NCBI GenBank assembly: GCA_964187785.1
Contig: OZ076409.1
Location: 72,542,001-72,606,000, forward strand
DNA length: 64,000 nucleotides
Direction: 5' to 3'
Origin: Amphiscolops sp. MND2022
Lineage: Eukaryota
The position numbers were made by a program, and so were the translations under genes. Positions 25,494-40,375 of the stretch are shown here, piece by piece. The notes beneath the pieces are model-generated. The model saw only the letters and a program-made list of their open reading frames with translations, did not search any database and was not told where the DNA came from. Within the stretch, counting starts at the first letter, position 1. Each line of letters opens with the position of its first letter.

Positions 25494-28400
25494 GTGGGCG
25501 GGGGTAATTCCCCAACAAAAAAATCGGCCGGCGGGTCGGGTCCTGCCGGCCGTCCAAAATCAAAATCCTCCTAGTAGAAAACGGCCGGTCAAACGAGCTA
25601 TTTTTTTATTTAACCGTTAGAATTTGGGTTTAGATTGCATGCGGCCATGAAATGGCCATACGAATGGAAGTTCCTGCTGACGTTTTGCGATTGAAACACT
25701 TTATAAAAAGTTATGGCCAATTTGTCATTCACCTAGAAGGGCAAAATGAGGAAAATTTTAACAAAGTCGCTGATAACTCAAAATGTAATAATTTTTGGAC
25801 TTTGACAGTGAAACAAGCTTGGAACTGTCATTTCGTGGCTGTGGCATTGCACTGAACACAAAAGATGTAAAGTTTTCACATTTTTTGAAAATTCGACATT
25901 TTTGAATTTTTTTTCACTACTATCAGTACACTATATGTCAAAAACGCCTCTGAAAAAAATTTTTATTTGCTTAAAATTAGAAACCTTGGTATCCATGGTT
26001 TCCGTCAGTACCTACTCGCTGCCAAACGCTCAACAGTTTGCATCCAATGTGAAAATATAATTTTTTTCGAGGTCATAGGTGTTTCACAAGGATTTCTCAA
26101 CTTAGTATCTATTTACAAATTGGTCATTTTGAACACATTATTTTCATCGAAGCGTGTCAGATACCACCCTAATGCTCACGAATGGGCCTACTGGCAACGT
26201 TGGAACCATTTTTAGCAATAGAAAGTATTAAAAAAATATTTTCACCCGGTCTTCAGTCATTTTTCAGACATTCGGTACTTAACTTAGAAAAATTTCGCAT
26301 CAAAAACCCATATTTGGTAGGGTCGAAATTTGAAATTCAGTTTTTTATGCAAAATTATTAACTCTGACGTAACCAGTGGAGCCCATGATACTCAAAAACA
26401 CGATTGGGACTGGTATCAGTGGCTCCAATAACATATGAGCCGCGATAAGACGTTATTCAGAGCAAACGCTCTAAATCGAAGTAAACATCTCTGAAGCCTG
26501 GGATCACAGTGAAATGTGATATCACCAAAAGTTTACTCTTTTTTGTCAATCACTATGTACACAGAGTGCGTAGGGTGAGTTTCAGGACTATAATGAGGTT
26601 TTTGAAGTAATCGCGCTGCTCAAGGTGTGGTATGAGACTATTTTTTCCCATATACTACTACATTTCCATAAATTTGCAGTCCATTGTCTTGGAAAGATAA
26701 CTTCACAAAAACAATTTTTCTACTCTATTCAGTTATTAGAATAAAGTTGAACACTGTGGTTGATCAGAAATGCTCAATTCTTTTGGTTTTTAAAAAAATT
26801 CCTTCGCATTCGTTACATTTGTGGAAGGAAGGTTATCAGTAGCTCCAAAAAAACGAAATTTAGCACGAACAGACATGCAACGATGCAAAGCAAAAACGTT
26901 TTTACAACTTCCGACGTCATTATTTTACCCAAGAAGTTCGAAAATATCATTCGCAATGCTGTCATTCGCTATATATACGATCGCGGTCAATTTACAAACA
27001 TTTAGATTTCATTGTTCTGCTTGAAAACCAATTTTTGTCAGGTCGAAATTTTAAATTTTGCCTGGGGAGCAATACCCTTCACGCTGAAGTAAACAGTGGG
27101 GCCCAAGTTACTCAAAAACAAGAAAGAGACTGCTACAATATGTCCTAATAACATATGGACCACGATATTACGTTTTTCACACAAAAAACTCTCATCCGAA
27201 GTAAATATGTTGAAAGCTTTTAATCACCGTGAGAAGTGATTTCATCAAAAAATAACTCTTTTTTGTCAATCACTGTTTACACAGAATTTGTAAAGTTAGT
27301 TTGAGTCATGAAATGAGGCTTTACCGTAATATGGGTTGCTCAAGGTGTTATATAAGACAAAAACTTCCTCTTTTCTACTAGCTTCTTCAAATATTTCAAC
27401 CCTTTGTCACAATAAGTTAATATTCAAAATCTCTTTGAAATGTATCTTTATGTTGGGGTGAAGTCTAAGAACAATAACTATGATCGAAGAATGCTAGTAC
27501 TGGTGTTTGAACCATGTCCGGATGAACAAATCACAAAATCATCAAAAAATTGTTCCCTTTTTTGGTTATTTTGGCAGTACTAAAAATGTTAGCCGATAAA
27601 TAATTTTTTCGATGGCACCATTGGATTCCTCTCAAAAAGTTGGTTATATGACCTGTGTAATAACCCCGTATCTTTTCAATTTAAATATATTTAAAAAGCC
27701 AACTATTTTGACCAAAATCCTAAAAATCATACCATTTCCTAAAAATTTTCAAATGCACCCCATTTGACGTATAAGATAAGCACAGAAAACTATCATATAC
27801 CGATCAACTCTACTCCTATTGTAGATTATTAGAATTTTGTTTAGAATGAATTTTGATGAATATTAAAAAAATTTTGAACCCTCCAAAAATGGGCCAAAAT
27901 TACACGAAAAAATTGACCTTAAAATACCAAAATGTCAAAAAATCATCAAAACCCAGGCTTCTTGGGGTTCTATCAACTCCGCGTGGTCCACAGAGTATGC
28001 TAAAACAGGTTTTACCCGTTTTTGAGCAATATGTGAAAAAACCGACATTTTTGGGAAAGAAAAACGTACCATTTCCTAAAAAAATTCAAATGCACGTCAT
28101 TTGCCGTATTAGAATAGCACAGAAAACTATCACATACCAATCAACTCTACTTTCATTGCAGATGAACAGAATTTTGTTTAGAATAAATTTTACCGGATAA
28201 TAAAAAAATTTGAATACTTCAAAAATGGGCCAAAAATACACGAAAAAATGGACCTTAAAAATTTAAAATGTCAAAAAATCATCAAAACAACAGCTTCTTG
28301 GGGTTCTATCAACTCCACGAGGTCCACAGAGTATGCTAAAACAGGTTTTACCCGTTTTTGAGCAATATGTGAAAAAGCCGACATTTTTGGGAAAGAAAAA

Positions 28401-30253
28401 CATACCATTTCCTAAAAAAATTCAAATGCACGCCATTTGCCGTATGAAAATAGCACAGAAAACTATCACATACCAATCAACTCTACTTTCATTGCAGATG
28501 AACAGAATTTTGTTTAGAATAAACTTTACCGGATAATAAAAAAATTTGATTCCTTCTAAAATGGGCCAAAATTACACGAAAAAATGGACCTTAAAATTTT
28601 AAAATGTCAAAAAATCATCAAAACCACGGCTTCTTGGGGTTCTATCAACTCCACGTGGTCCACAGAGTATGCTTAACCCGGTTTTACCCATCTTTGAGCA
28701 AAATGTGAAAATACCGACATTTTTGGAAAAGAAAAACATGCCATTTTCTAATAAATTTCAAATGCACGCCATTTGCTGTATGAGAATAACACAGAAAGCT
28801 GTCACATACCGATCAACTCTACTTCCATTGTAGATTATCAGAAGTTTGTTTAGAATAAATTTTGAAGGATAATAAAAAAATTTGAATCCATCAAAAATGG
28901 GCCAAAATTACACGAAAAAATTGACCTTAAAATATCAAAATGTCAAAAAATCATCAAAACCACAATTTCTTGGCGTTCTATCAACTCCATATGATACCAA
29001 ACCAGGTACTGCCAATCGTTTGAGTTATAATAAAAAAACTTCTTTTTTGGCAAGAATTCCATACCATAAATAATAATCATGTTCCACATAAGAAGCGAAT
29101 CATTTCAGATATATACCCTGTTCATTTTTTTAATATTACCGATTATTAATTTAATAGATGTTTTGAATGTGAGCTTCCTAAAAGGTTCAGGTGTGATGAT
29201 ACGTAAATAGAACCTTAGTTTCATCGAAATCTCAATTGAATATGTCCAATCTTAACCATCAGATAACAAGAAACACTTAAGTACATTCCATCTCCCCATC
29301 GGGGGAGATGAGAATGTACTTTCGAGAAGCCAAATACGTCCAACATTCAAACTTTTGTAAGTTTGTATGTAACTCCTGAAACGAAGAAGGAATAAAATTG
29401 TTTCTGGTACATACATGAGTCTTTACTTCAGCTTCTATTTCTGCTGAACAAAACCATTCGACTCTTTTGCCGGAGTTAAGATCGATTGTATTACCCAGTG
29501 AACAAAGGCATGACTGAAAACGTTTACTACTTTGTTCATAATTTTCCGGCCTTCCGAAATGATGAAACGTCCACATAACTAAGATAGCAAGTGAATGACT
29601 GCGAAATGCACCTTATTAGATGAGGTAAATAACGTGTAAAACTCTCCTTTATCCTAACATGAGGTTGAGTAATGATCATTTGAGAATAGTTTGATATGTG
29701 AATACAATAGTATAAAACAAGTACATTTTATATGAATAACGCCGTGGAAAGCGTTCAGAAAGGACAGTAGGCTTGTTTGGAACATGTATGTGTGGTGTCC
29801 CTTGGTGGCGTTCGCTTAGTGTATATGTCGAGGGGTATTCGAGTTGTTATGATAGAATTTACACACAAGTCTTTTGTTTTTTGGTTTTTTTAAAATGTCG
29901 TTAAGTACCTGCATTCTATCCCCTTCTCAGAGATGACGTGAAGTTACGTTTGCTAAATAAATGTCATCGAAAGATCACACTCCCGACGAAATTAACTATC
30001 TTAACACGTGTTTAGAATTTTAAATAAACAACCGTATAAGATTTTTTTATTTCATTGAGTTTGATGAAGTCTTTTGTTCTTCTCACTACTATTTCAACCG
30101 ATACACATATCCGTTACCATATCACATGTCTCCATTAGTACAACGCCACATAGCGTTCCGACGCCCACAGTCTGTGGGCATGCCGAGGCATGCCCTTCGA
30201 CGACGTATGGCAAATGGAGCCATGCCCGCCGTCTTTACGGCGGTAGCGGCTAG
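25494..30253 (+). mobile_element. Unit 12, long family subtype L1 (4760 bp)
   Basis: Near copy of unit 7 (the ORF track shows the same spurious ORFs offset by ~12.7 kb); type II hairpin 29279-29321. Confidence 0.6.
27728..29070 (+). repeat. Internal tandem repeat, ~4 x 336 bp (unit 12)
   Basis: Same monomer as 15024-16365. Confidence 0.9.
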
Positions 30254-33200
30254 GTGGGCGGGGGTAATTCCCCAACTAAAAAATCGGCCGGCGGGTAGGG
30301 TCCTGCCGGCCGTCCAAAATCAAAAATATACTAGTAGAAAACGGCCGGTCAAACGAGCTATTTTTTTATTTAACCGTTAGAATTTGGGTTTAGATTGCAT
30401 GCGGCCATGAAATGGCCATACGAATCGAAGTTCCTGCTGACGTTTTGCGATTGAAACACTTTATAAAAAGTTATGGCCAATTTGTCAGTCACCTAGAAGG
30501 GCAAAATGAGGAAAATTTTAACAAAGTCGCTAATAACTCAAAATGTGTTATTTTTTGGACTTTGACTGTGAAACAAGCTTGGAACCTTCATTTCGTGGCT
30601 GTGGCATTGCACTGAACCCAAAAGATGTAAAGTTTTTACATTTTTTGAAAATTTGACATTTTTGAAATTTTTTTCACTACTATCAGTACCATATATGTCA
30701 AAAACACCTCAGAAAAAAAATTTTATTTGCTTTAACTTGGAAACCTTGGTATCCATGGTTTCTGTCGGAACCTACTCGCAACCAAACAACCAACAGTTTG
30801 CATCCAATGTGAAAATAAAAAATTTTTCTGGGTCATAAGCGTTTCACAAGGATTTCTCAACTTAGTATTAATTTACAAAATGGTCATTTTGAACACAATA
30901 TTTTCATCGAGGCTTGTCGGCTATAGCCTTAATGTTCTAGAACGGTCCCACTGGCAACGTAGGAACCATTTATAGTAATAGAAAGTTTAAAAAAAATATT
31001 TTCACCCTGTCTTCAGTCATTTTTCAGTCATTCGGAACTTAACTTAGAAAAATTTCGACCAAAATACCCATTTTTTGACAGATCGAAAATTCAAATTCAA
31101 CTTTTTAAGCAAAATTAGTAACTCTGACGTAACCAGTGGGGCTCATGATACTCAAAAACACGATTGGGACTGGTACCAATGGCTCCAATATCATATGAGC
31201 CGCGATAAGACGTTATTTTGAGCAATACGTCTCAATTGAGGGAAACATCTCGCAAGCCTGGGATCACAGTTAAAAGTGATTTCGTCAAAAATTTACTCTT
31301 TTTCGTCAATCACTATGTACACAGAGTGCGTAGGGTGAGTTTCAGCACTATAATGCGGTTTTTGAAGGAATCGGTCTGCTCAAGGGGTGGTATGAGACAT
31401 TTTTTTTGCATGTAGTACTATATTTCTCAAAACTTTTAGCCCAATATCTCGAAAAGCTCACTTCGCAAATTACTTTCAGTTACTCTATTCGAAGCTTAGA
31501 ATTTATATGAACACTGTGGTTGATCAGAAACTCTTGACTATTTTGTTTTTGGAAAAAAACTGCCTTGCATGTGTTACATTAGTGGCAGGAAAAATACCAG
31601 TAGCTCCAAAAATCACAATTTTGGACGGACAGACCTGCAATGATGCAAAGCAAAAACGTTTCAACAACTTCTGGCGCCACTTTTTTTACCCAAGAGGTTC
31701 GAAATTACTATTAACAATGCTGACATTCGCTATAAATAAGATCGAGGTCAATTTACTAACACTTAGGTTATACATTTATATCTGAGAAACCATTCTTTGT
31801 CAGGTCGCAATTTTAAATTTAGTTTGGGAAGCAATACTTTTCACTCTGAAGCAAACCGTTGGGCCCAAATTACTCAAAAACTACAAAAAGACTGTCACCA
31901 TATGCCCTAATAGCATATGAGATTCGACCGTATGTTTTTAACACAAAAACTCTCATCCGAAGTAAACATGTTGAAAGCCTTGAATCACCGTGAGAAATGA
32001 TTTCATCAAAAAATATTCCTTTTTCGTCAATCTTTATCTACACAGAACACGTTGTGTCATTTTCAGCCGTGAAATGAGCTTCTACCGTAATATGGGTTGC
32101 TCAAGGTGTTGTATAAGACAAAAACTTCCTCTTTTCTACTATCTTCTTCAAATATTTCAACCCTTTGTCACAAGAAGTTAATATTCAAAATCTCTTTGAA
32201 ATGTTTCTTTAGGTTGGGGTGAAGTGTTAGAACAATAATTATGATCGAAGAATGATAGTATTGGTGTTTGGACCATGTCCGGATGAACAAATTGCAAAAT
32301 CATGAAAAATTTCTTACCATTTTTGGTCATTTTGTCAGTACTAAAAATGTTAGCTGAAAAAGAATTTTTTGATGGCACCATTGGATTCCTCTCAAAAAGT
32401 TAGCTATATGAACTGTGTAATAACCCCGTATCTTTTCAATTTAAATAATTTTAAAAAGCAAACTTTTTTGACTAAAATCCTAAAAATCATACCATTTCCT
32501 AAAAAATTTCAAATGCCCCCCATTTGACGTATAAGAATAGCACAGAAAACTATCACATACCGATCGACTCTACTTCCATTGTAGATTACCAGAATTTTGT
32601 TTAGAACAATTTTTGACGGATGCAAAAAAAATTTAAACCCTCCAAAAAAGGGCCAAAATTACACGAAAAAATTGACCTTAAAATTTTAAAATGTCGAAAA
32701 ATCATCAAAACCACAGCTTCTTGGGGTTCTATCAACTACACGTGGTCCACAGAGTATGTTAAAACAAGTTTTACCCGTATTTGAGCAATATGTGAAAAAG
32801 CCGACTTTTTTGGGAATGAAAAACATACCATTTCCTAAAAAATTTCAAACGCACCCCATTTGACGTATAAGAATAGCACAGAAAACTATCACATACCGAT
32901 CGACTCTACTTCCATTGTAGGTTACCAGAATCTTGTTTAGAACAATTGTTGACGGATGCAAAAAAAAATTAAACCCTCCAAAAATGGGCCAAAATTACAC
33001 GAAAAAATTGACCTTAAAATTTTAAAATGTCAAAAAATCATCAAAACCACAGCTTCTTGGGGTTCTATCAACTCCACGTGGTCCACAGAGTATGCTAAAA
33101 CAGGTTTTACATGTTTCTGAGCTATATGTGAAAAAACCGACATTTTGGGGAAGAAAAACATACCATTTCTTAAAAAATTTCAAATGCACGCCATTTGCCG

Positions 33201-35015
33201 TATGAGAATAGCACAGAAAACTATCACATACCGATCAACTCTACTTCTATTGTAGATTATCAGATTTTTGTTTAGAACAAATTTTTATGGATATAAAAAA
33301 TTTTTAAACCCTCCAAAAATGAGCCAAAATAACACGAAAAAATGGACCCTAAATTTTTAAAATGTCAAAAAATTATCCAAACCACAGCTTCTTGGGGTTC
33401 TATCAGCTCCACGTGGTCCACAGAGTATGCTAAAACAGGTTTTGCCCGTTTTTGAGCAGTATATGAAAAAGCCGACATTTTTGGGGAAGAAAAACATACC
33501 ATTTCCTAAATAATTTCAAATGCAGGCAATTTGCCATATGAGAGTAGCACAGAAAACTATCACACACCGATCAACTCTACTTCTTTTGTAGATTATCAGA
33601 ATTATGTTTAGAGTAAAGTTTTATGGATATGAAAAATTTTTATACCCTCCAAAAATGGGCCAAAATGACACGAAAAAATTGACCTCAAATTTTTAAAATG
33701 TCAAAAAATTATCCAAACCACAGCGTCTTGGCGTTCTATCAACTCCAAATGACCTTCAGAGTATACCAAACCAGGTATTGCCAATCTTTTGAGCAATATT
33801 TAAAAACACCGACTATTTGGCAAGAACACCATAATATGTTCCATATAAGAAGTGAATCATTCCACATATATACCCGGTCTAATATTTCCAAATTAGCGAT
33901 AACATTTATACATGATGGTTTTTGAAAGTGAGCTTCATAAGAGGTTGAGATGTAATAATACGTAAATGGACCCTAAGTTTCATTGAAATCTCAATGGAAT
34001 ACGTCCAATCAACTTCAATCCTAACTATTATATAACAAAAAACACTTGAGTACATTCCATCTCCCCATCGGGGGAGATGAGAATGTACTTTTCAAAAGCC
34101 AAAAACTTCGAATTTTAAATCTTTTGTAACATTGTATGTAACTGTTGAAACGATGAACGAATGAAAATGCTTCTAGTACCTTCATCAATTTTTGCTTCAG
34201 CTCCTATTTCTGCAGAACAAAACCAAAAGACACACTTACAGCAGTTAAGTTCGATTGTATAACTCAGTGAGTAAAGGTATGACTGAGGAAGTTCACAAGT
34301 TGTTTCAAAAGTTTCCGGCCTTCCAAAATCATGAAACGTCCACACAACCAAGATAGCAAGTGAAAGAATGCTGAATGCACCTTATTAGATGAGATAAATA
34401 ATGTGTGGAACTTGCCATTATCTCAAGATGACGTTGATTTATGATCTTTTAAGGATAGTTCGATATGTGACCACAATAGTGGAAAACTTATTACTATTTG
34501 AAGAACACCGTGGAAAGCGTTCAGAAAGGACAGTATATTTGTTTCGAGCATGCATGCGTGTGTTCCTTTGGTGACGTTAGCTTAGTGTACATGACGGAGG
34601 TATTCGAGAGATTATGATAGAGTTTACTCACAAGTCTTTGTTTTTTTAAACTTTCTATGCCGTTGAGTACATTCGTAAGGTACATCCATCCCCTTCTCTG
34701 GGAATGTACGTTTGCCAAATGACTGTCATCCAAAATTCGTAATCCGGACGAGTTTAACTACATAAACATGTGATGAGCGTTTTCAATTCACAACCGAATA
34801 ACATTTTTTTTCTCGAAAATGATGATGGTTTTGATTTTGATGTCTTCTACTTTTATCATCATGCAAACGACCTTACCATGTCTCTCTTCTGTCGTCATTT
34901 GTACAACGCCACATAGCGTTCCGACGCCCACCGTCTGTGGGCATGCCGAGGCATGCCCTTCGACGACGTATGCCAAATGAGCCATACCCGCACTCTGGAG
35001 TGCGGTAGCGGCTAG
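30254..35015 (+). mobile_element. Unit 13, long family subtype L2 (4762 bp)
   Basis: Same architecture as L1 but visibly diverged; type II hairpin 34049-34089; tail CCGCACTC-TG-GAGTGCGG-TAGCGGCTAG. Confidence 0.6.
32488..33830 (+). repeat. Internal tandem repeat, ~4 x 336 bp (unit 13)
   Basis: Anchor at 32488, 32824, 33159 and 33495. Confidence 0.9.
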
Positions 35016-36998
35016 GTGGGCGGGGGTAATTCCCCTTCAAAAAATTCGGCCGGCGGGTTGGGTCCTGCCGGACGTCAAATAGTGTGAAACATCCAGTAGG
35101 AAACGGCGACATAAATCAGCGATTTTAAAATTTAACCGTTAGAATTCGGACTTGGAGTGCATGCGGCCCCAAAATGCCCATACGAATCGAAGTTCCTGCT
35201 GACGTTAAGCGATAAAAACACTTTATAAAAAGTTATGGCCCATTTTACGTTCACTTAGAGAGGTAAAATGAGGAAAATTTTAACAAAGTTGCTGATAACT
35301 CAAAATACATTAATTTTTGGACTTTGACTGTGAAACAAGCTTGGAACCTTCATTTCGTGGCTGTGGCATTGCACTGAACACAAAAGATGTAAAGTTTTCA
35401 CATTTTTTGAAAATTCGACATTTTTGATTTTTTTTTCACTACTCTCAGTACACTATATGTCAAAAACACCTCTGAAAAAATTTTTATTTGCTCAAATTTA
35501 GAAACCTCGGTATCCATGGTTTCCGTCAGTACCTACTCGCTGCAAAACGCTCAACAGTTTGCATCCAATGTGAAAATAAATTTTTTTTGGAGGTCTTAGG
35601 TGTTTCACAAGGATTTCTCAACTTAGTATCAATTTACAAATTGGTCATTTTGAACACATTATTTCCATCGAAGCTTGTCGGCTATAGCCTTAATGTTCTA
35701 GAACGGTCTCACTGGCAACGTAGGAACCATTTATAGTAATAGAAAGTTTTAAAAAAATTTTTTCACCCGGTCTTCAGTCATTTTTCAGTCATTCGGAACT
35801 TAACTTAGAAAAATTTCGACCAAAATACCCATTTTTTGTCAGGTCGAAAAATCAAATTCAGCTTTTTAAGCAAAATTATTAACTCTGACGTAACCCATGG
35901 GGCCCATGATACTCAAAACAACGATTGACACTGGTATCAGTGGCTCCAATAACATTTGAGTCGCGATAAGACGTTACTTTGAGCAATACGTCTCAATTGA
36001 GGTAAAGATCTCGCAAGCCAGCGATCACTGTGAAATGTGATTTCATCAAAAATTTACTCATTTTTGTCAATCACTATGTGCACAGAATGCGTAGGGTGCG
36101 TTTCAGCACTATAATGAGGTTTTTGAAGGTATCGAGTTGCTCAAGGGGTGGTATGAGACATTTTTGTCCCATATACTACTGTATTTTCCAAAATTTTTAG
36201 CCCAATATCTGGAAATACAAACTTGACAAAATACTTTCAACTACTTTATTCAAAGGTTACATTATAGATGAACACTGTGAATGATCAGAAACTTTCATCT
36301 CTTTCGTTTTCCGAAATATTTCCCTTCGCATGTGTTACATTTGTAGCAGAAAAAAAAATCGAAACTGAAAAATACGCTTTTTTGCTAATATAGAATCGCA
36401 ATGATTGTGTCTAAAAACTCTTTAAACACTTCTAACGCAACCTTACGCACCCAAAATGATCAAAACTGCTATTCACAATGGTGACATGTGCTCTTTCAAC
36501 GATCCTGACTGAACAATTTTCGCAAATTATTCAAGTACCTGTTAACTGAATCTCGTGATAGCCTTTTCAGTTGGCCTTGTGTCAACTTGGGAAGGCTATC
36601 ACATCAAAAAATTTTCAACAAAAATTTTTTTTGTTCATTGGAAATGACAGTCGATATATAATTTCGTGATTCTATACTACCGTTAGTACCTTCCATTAAG
36701 TCACCTGACGATTGCATTCAGTCTTTGATAAATACCTATGAACTCGAATTCATATTTATTAATTTTGTGCTAAAAATAAACATCAAAATTATCCAAATTA
36801 TTCAAAATTGAGTCTTTACCGTTTTTGTTTTTCTTTTTCTACTGTTATTAGGCCCATCAACTTCCTACAGCCACGCTCTCTGTCATTAGTACAACGCCAC
36901 ATAGTGTTGCGACGTGCACAGTCTGTGGGCATGCCGAGGCATGCCCTTCGACGACGTATGCCGAATACCGCGGGCCTACGCCCGCGCTCCCCGGCTAG
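35016..36998 (+). mobile_element. Unit 14, ~2-kb family (1983 bp)
   Basis: Junction to junction; head like units 4/8. Confidence 0.6.
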
Positions 36999-38385
36999 GT
37001 GGTTGGGGCGGTCCCCAGAACGCACAAGGAGGCGCGGGGAGGGTCCTGCGCCGACGTAGAATAATTTCATATAATACTAGTATCCTACATGGGTGTTTTA
37101 GAAGCGATTTTGGAATCTAACCGTAGGATTTGGATAATTTTTTGCATGCGGCCATAACTCGAAATTCTAAGAACTTTTTCCTACTGTCATTTTCACCGCA
37201 AATTGTTTTTTGTTGACTTATGGCCAAAAAACCGGAAATAACGTCCTTTTTAGACGTTATATCCGAAGTGTCGTCATAACTTTTTTCCAGGGCATGCTAG
37301 CGTTCTCGTTCACTTTTACACTTAATTGCAGCATCTCAAAATACAACTGGTGGAAAATTTTGGTTGCATTCGGATCACCCCCCACCGAGATAGAAGGGTT
37401 CCCCCCTCCAGTTTTACCCCCCAAATTTGCCAAAAAGCCAATTTTGAGCATGAAGCCGAGGGTTTAGCGTACCCGCACCCTGTTGATGTTTTGTTGTACG
37501 TTTTGAGGTCAATCTGACGACATGTGAGGTTTTCACCCCCAACCCCCCCTGGGACCGGAAATGACACTTTTTTGTGTTTTTCGGCAGAATTTAGCCTGTT
37601 TCATTATTAGGCAGTCGTTTTAGGGACTCGTAGCAGGATATCGAAAGTGAAATACAACCTTATCACAACCCAGTGACAACATGTTGGCCACTTGGAGGTA
37701 TCATCATGACCGGAAGTGGGGTCAACCCCCCTTTTTGTGACCGCTTTTTGACCTTGTGCACCAAAATGCCAACAACTTGAGGCCTAATGACGCATTCAAA
37801 TCTGTACAAAGATAGAATGTTAGACAACCGAAGTCCCGGAAGATCTTTAGCATATACCGGAAGTTACCCCCCATGACCGGAAGTTACCCAATGTGACCGG
37901 AAATGGTCCAAAAATTAATGTAAAGTTAATTTTTTCACCATTTCAAGACCACTTCGTTGAACATTTTCATTCCCAAAACTAGCGTACTGGCTTGTTTTGC
38001 TGAAATTATGGAAATTGATGAGCTCTATCACCCCCGATAGCCTTCGAAGTTGACCTTGCGTCAACTTTGGAGGCTATCGATTCTGAAAATGAACAACAGA
38101 GTTCATTGTTGCTCTCGTTTTTTTCCGTTGTTTTTCCTCAAACATTCTTGAGACATAAAAATGGCCGTTAGTTGAAATCAATATTTAGCCCATGTTATAG
38201 CTGGAGCAGCGAAGCGTTACACAGACTAGTGTGGTTTTGAAATTACATTATTTGAATTAACAACTGACCGTCTTAGTCAACTCCACACATTCATACCAAC
38301 GCCCACCGTCTGTGGGCATGCCGAGGCATGCCCTTCGACGACGTATGACGAATCCACTCCAACGACACCCGCAGTCCTCAGCTAG
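36999..38385 (+). mobile_element. Unit 15, 1.39-kb family (1387 bp)
   Basis: Near copy of unit 3 with different neighbours on both sides. Confidence 0.6.
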
Positions 38386-40375
38386 GTGGGCGGGGGTAAT
38401 TCCCCAACAAAAAAATCGGCCGGCGGGTCGGGTCCTGCCGGCCGTCCAAAATCAAAATCCTCCTAGTAGAAAACGGCATGTCAAACGAGCTATTTTTTTA
38501 TTTAACCATACGAATTTCACCATTTTTTGCATGCGGCCCTGGAATGGCCATACGAGACGAAGTTCCTGCTGACGTTTTGCGATGTAAATGTTTTATATAA
38601 AGTTGTGGCCGATTTGTCACTTACCTAGAAGGGCAAAATGAGGAAAATTTTTACAAAGTCGCTGATAACTCAAAATGTGGTAATTTTTGGACTTTGACTG
38701 TGAAACAAGCTTGGAACCTTCATTTCGTGGCTGGGGCATTGGACTGAACACAAAAGATGTAAGGTTTTTACATTTTTTGAAAATTCGACATTTTTGAAAA
38801 TTTTTTCACTACTATCAGTACCCCATATGTCAAAAACACCTCAGAAAAAAATTTTTATTTGCTTTAAATTGAAAACCTTGGTAGCCATGGTTTCTGTCGG
38901 AACATACTCGCTGCCAAACACCCAACAGTTTGCATCCAGTGTGAATTTAAAAATTTTTTCGAGGTCTTAGGTGTTTCACAAGGATTTCTCAACTTAGTAT
39001 CAAATTACAAATTGGTCATTTTAAACACATTATTTTCATCGAAGCGTGTCAGATACCGCCCTAATGCTCACGAACGGGCCTACTGGCAACGTTGGAACAA
39101 TTTATAGTAATATAAAAGGTTAAAAAAATTTTTTCACCCGGTCTTCAGTCATTTTTCAGACATTCGGAACATAACTTAGAAAATTTTCGACCCAAATACC
39201 CATTTTTTGTCAGGTCGAAAATTAAAATTCAGCTATTAAAGCAAAATTATTTACTCTGACGTAACCAGTGGGGCCCATGATACTCAAAAACACCATTGGC
39301 ACTGGTACCAATGGCTCCAATAACATATGAGTCGCGATAAGACGTTATTTTGAGCAATACGTCTCAATTGAGGTAAAGATCTCGCAAGCCAGCGATCACT
39401 GTGAAATGTGATTTCATCAAAAATTTACTCATTTTTGTCAATAACTATGTGCACAGAGTGTGTAGGGTGAGTTCCAGCACTATAATGAGGTTTTTGAAGG
39501 CATCGGGTTGCTCAAGGGTTGGTATGAGACATTTTTTTCCTATATACTACTGTGTTTTCCAAAACTTTTAGCCCATTATCAGGAAAAAATAATTTGACAA
39601 AATACTTTCAACTACTTTATTCAAAGGTTACAATATAGATGAACACTGTGGTTGATCAGAAACTTTCATCTCTTTCGTTTTCCGAAATAATTCCCTTCGA
39701 ATGTGTTACATTTGTAGCCGGAAAAAAAAACCGAAACTAAAAAATACGCGATTTTGCTGAGATAGAACCGGGATAATTGTGTCTAAATTCTCTTTAAATA
39801 CTTCTAACGCGACCTTACGGACCCAAAAGGATTAAAAAGGCCACTCACAATGCTGACATGTGCTCTTTCGACGATCCTGGCTGGACAAGTTTTGCAAATT
39901 TTTCAAGTACCTGTTAACTGAATTTTGTGATAGCCTTTTAAGTTGGCCTTGTGTCAACTTGGGAAGGCTATCACATCAAAAAACTTTCAACAAAAATACT
40001 TTTTGTTTATTGGATATTGCTGTCGATACCTTTTTTTGTGATTCTATACTACCGTTAGTATATTCCATCAGGTCACCAGACGATTGTATTCAGTATTTGA
40101 TAAAAACTTATGAACTCGAAGTCTTTTTCATATGTTTCTTGTTCAAAAAAATTATCAAAAAAATTTATATTATAAACAATTGAGTCTTTAACTTTTTTAT
40201 TTCCCAATTTTCCAGTGTTATTCGGCTCATCAACTTCCTACTGCCACATCCAGACATTAGTACAACGCCACAAAGTGTTGCGACGTCCACCGTCTGTGGG
40301 CATGCCGAGGCATGCCCTTCGACGACGTATGCCAAAAATAGCGCCATCCGCGGTCACTACCGCGGTAGCAGCTAG
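38386..40375 (+). mobile_element. Unit 16, ~2-kb family (1990 bp)
   Basis: Head like units 9/20; tail hairpin CCGCGGT-CACT-ACCGCGG. Confidence 0.6.
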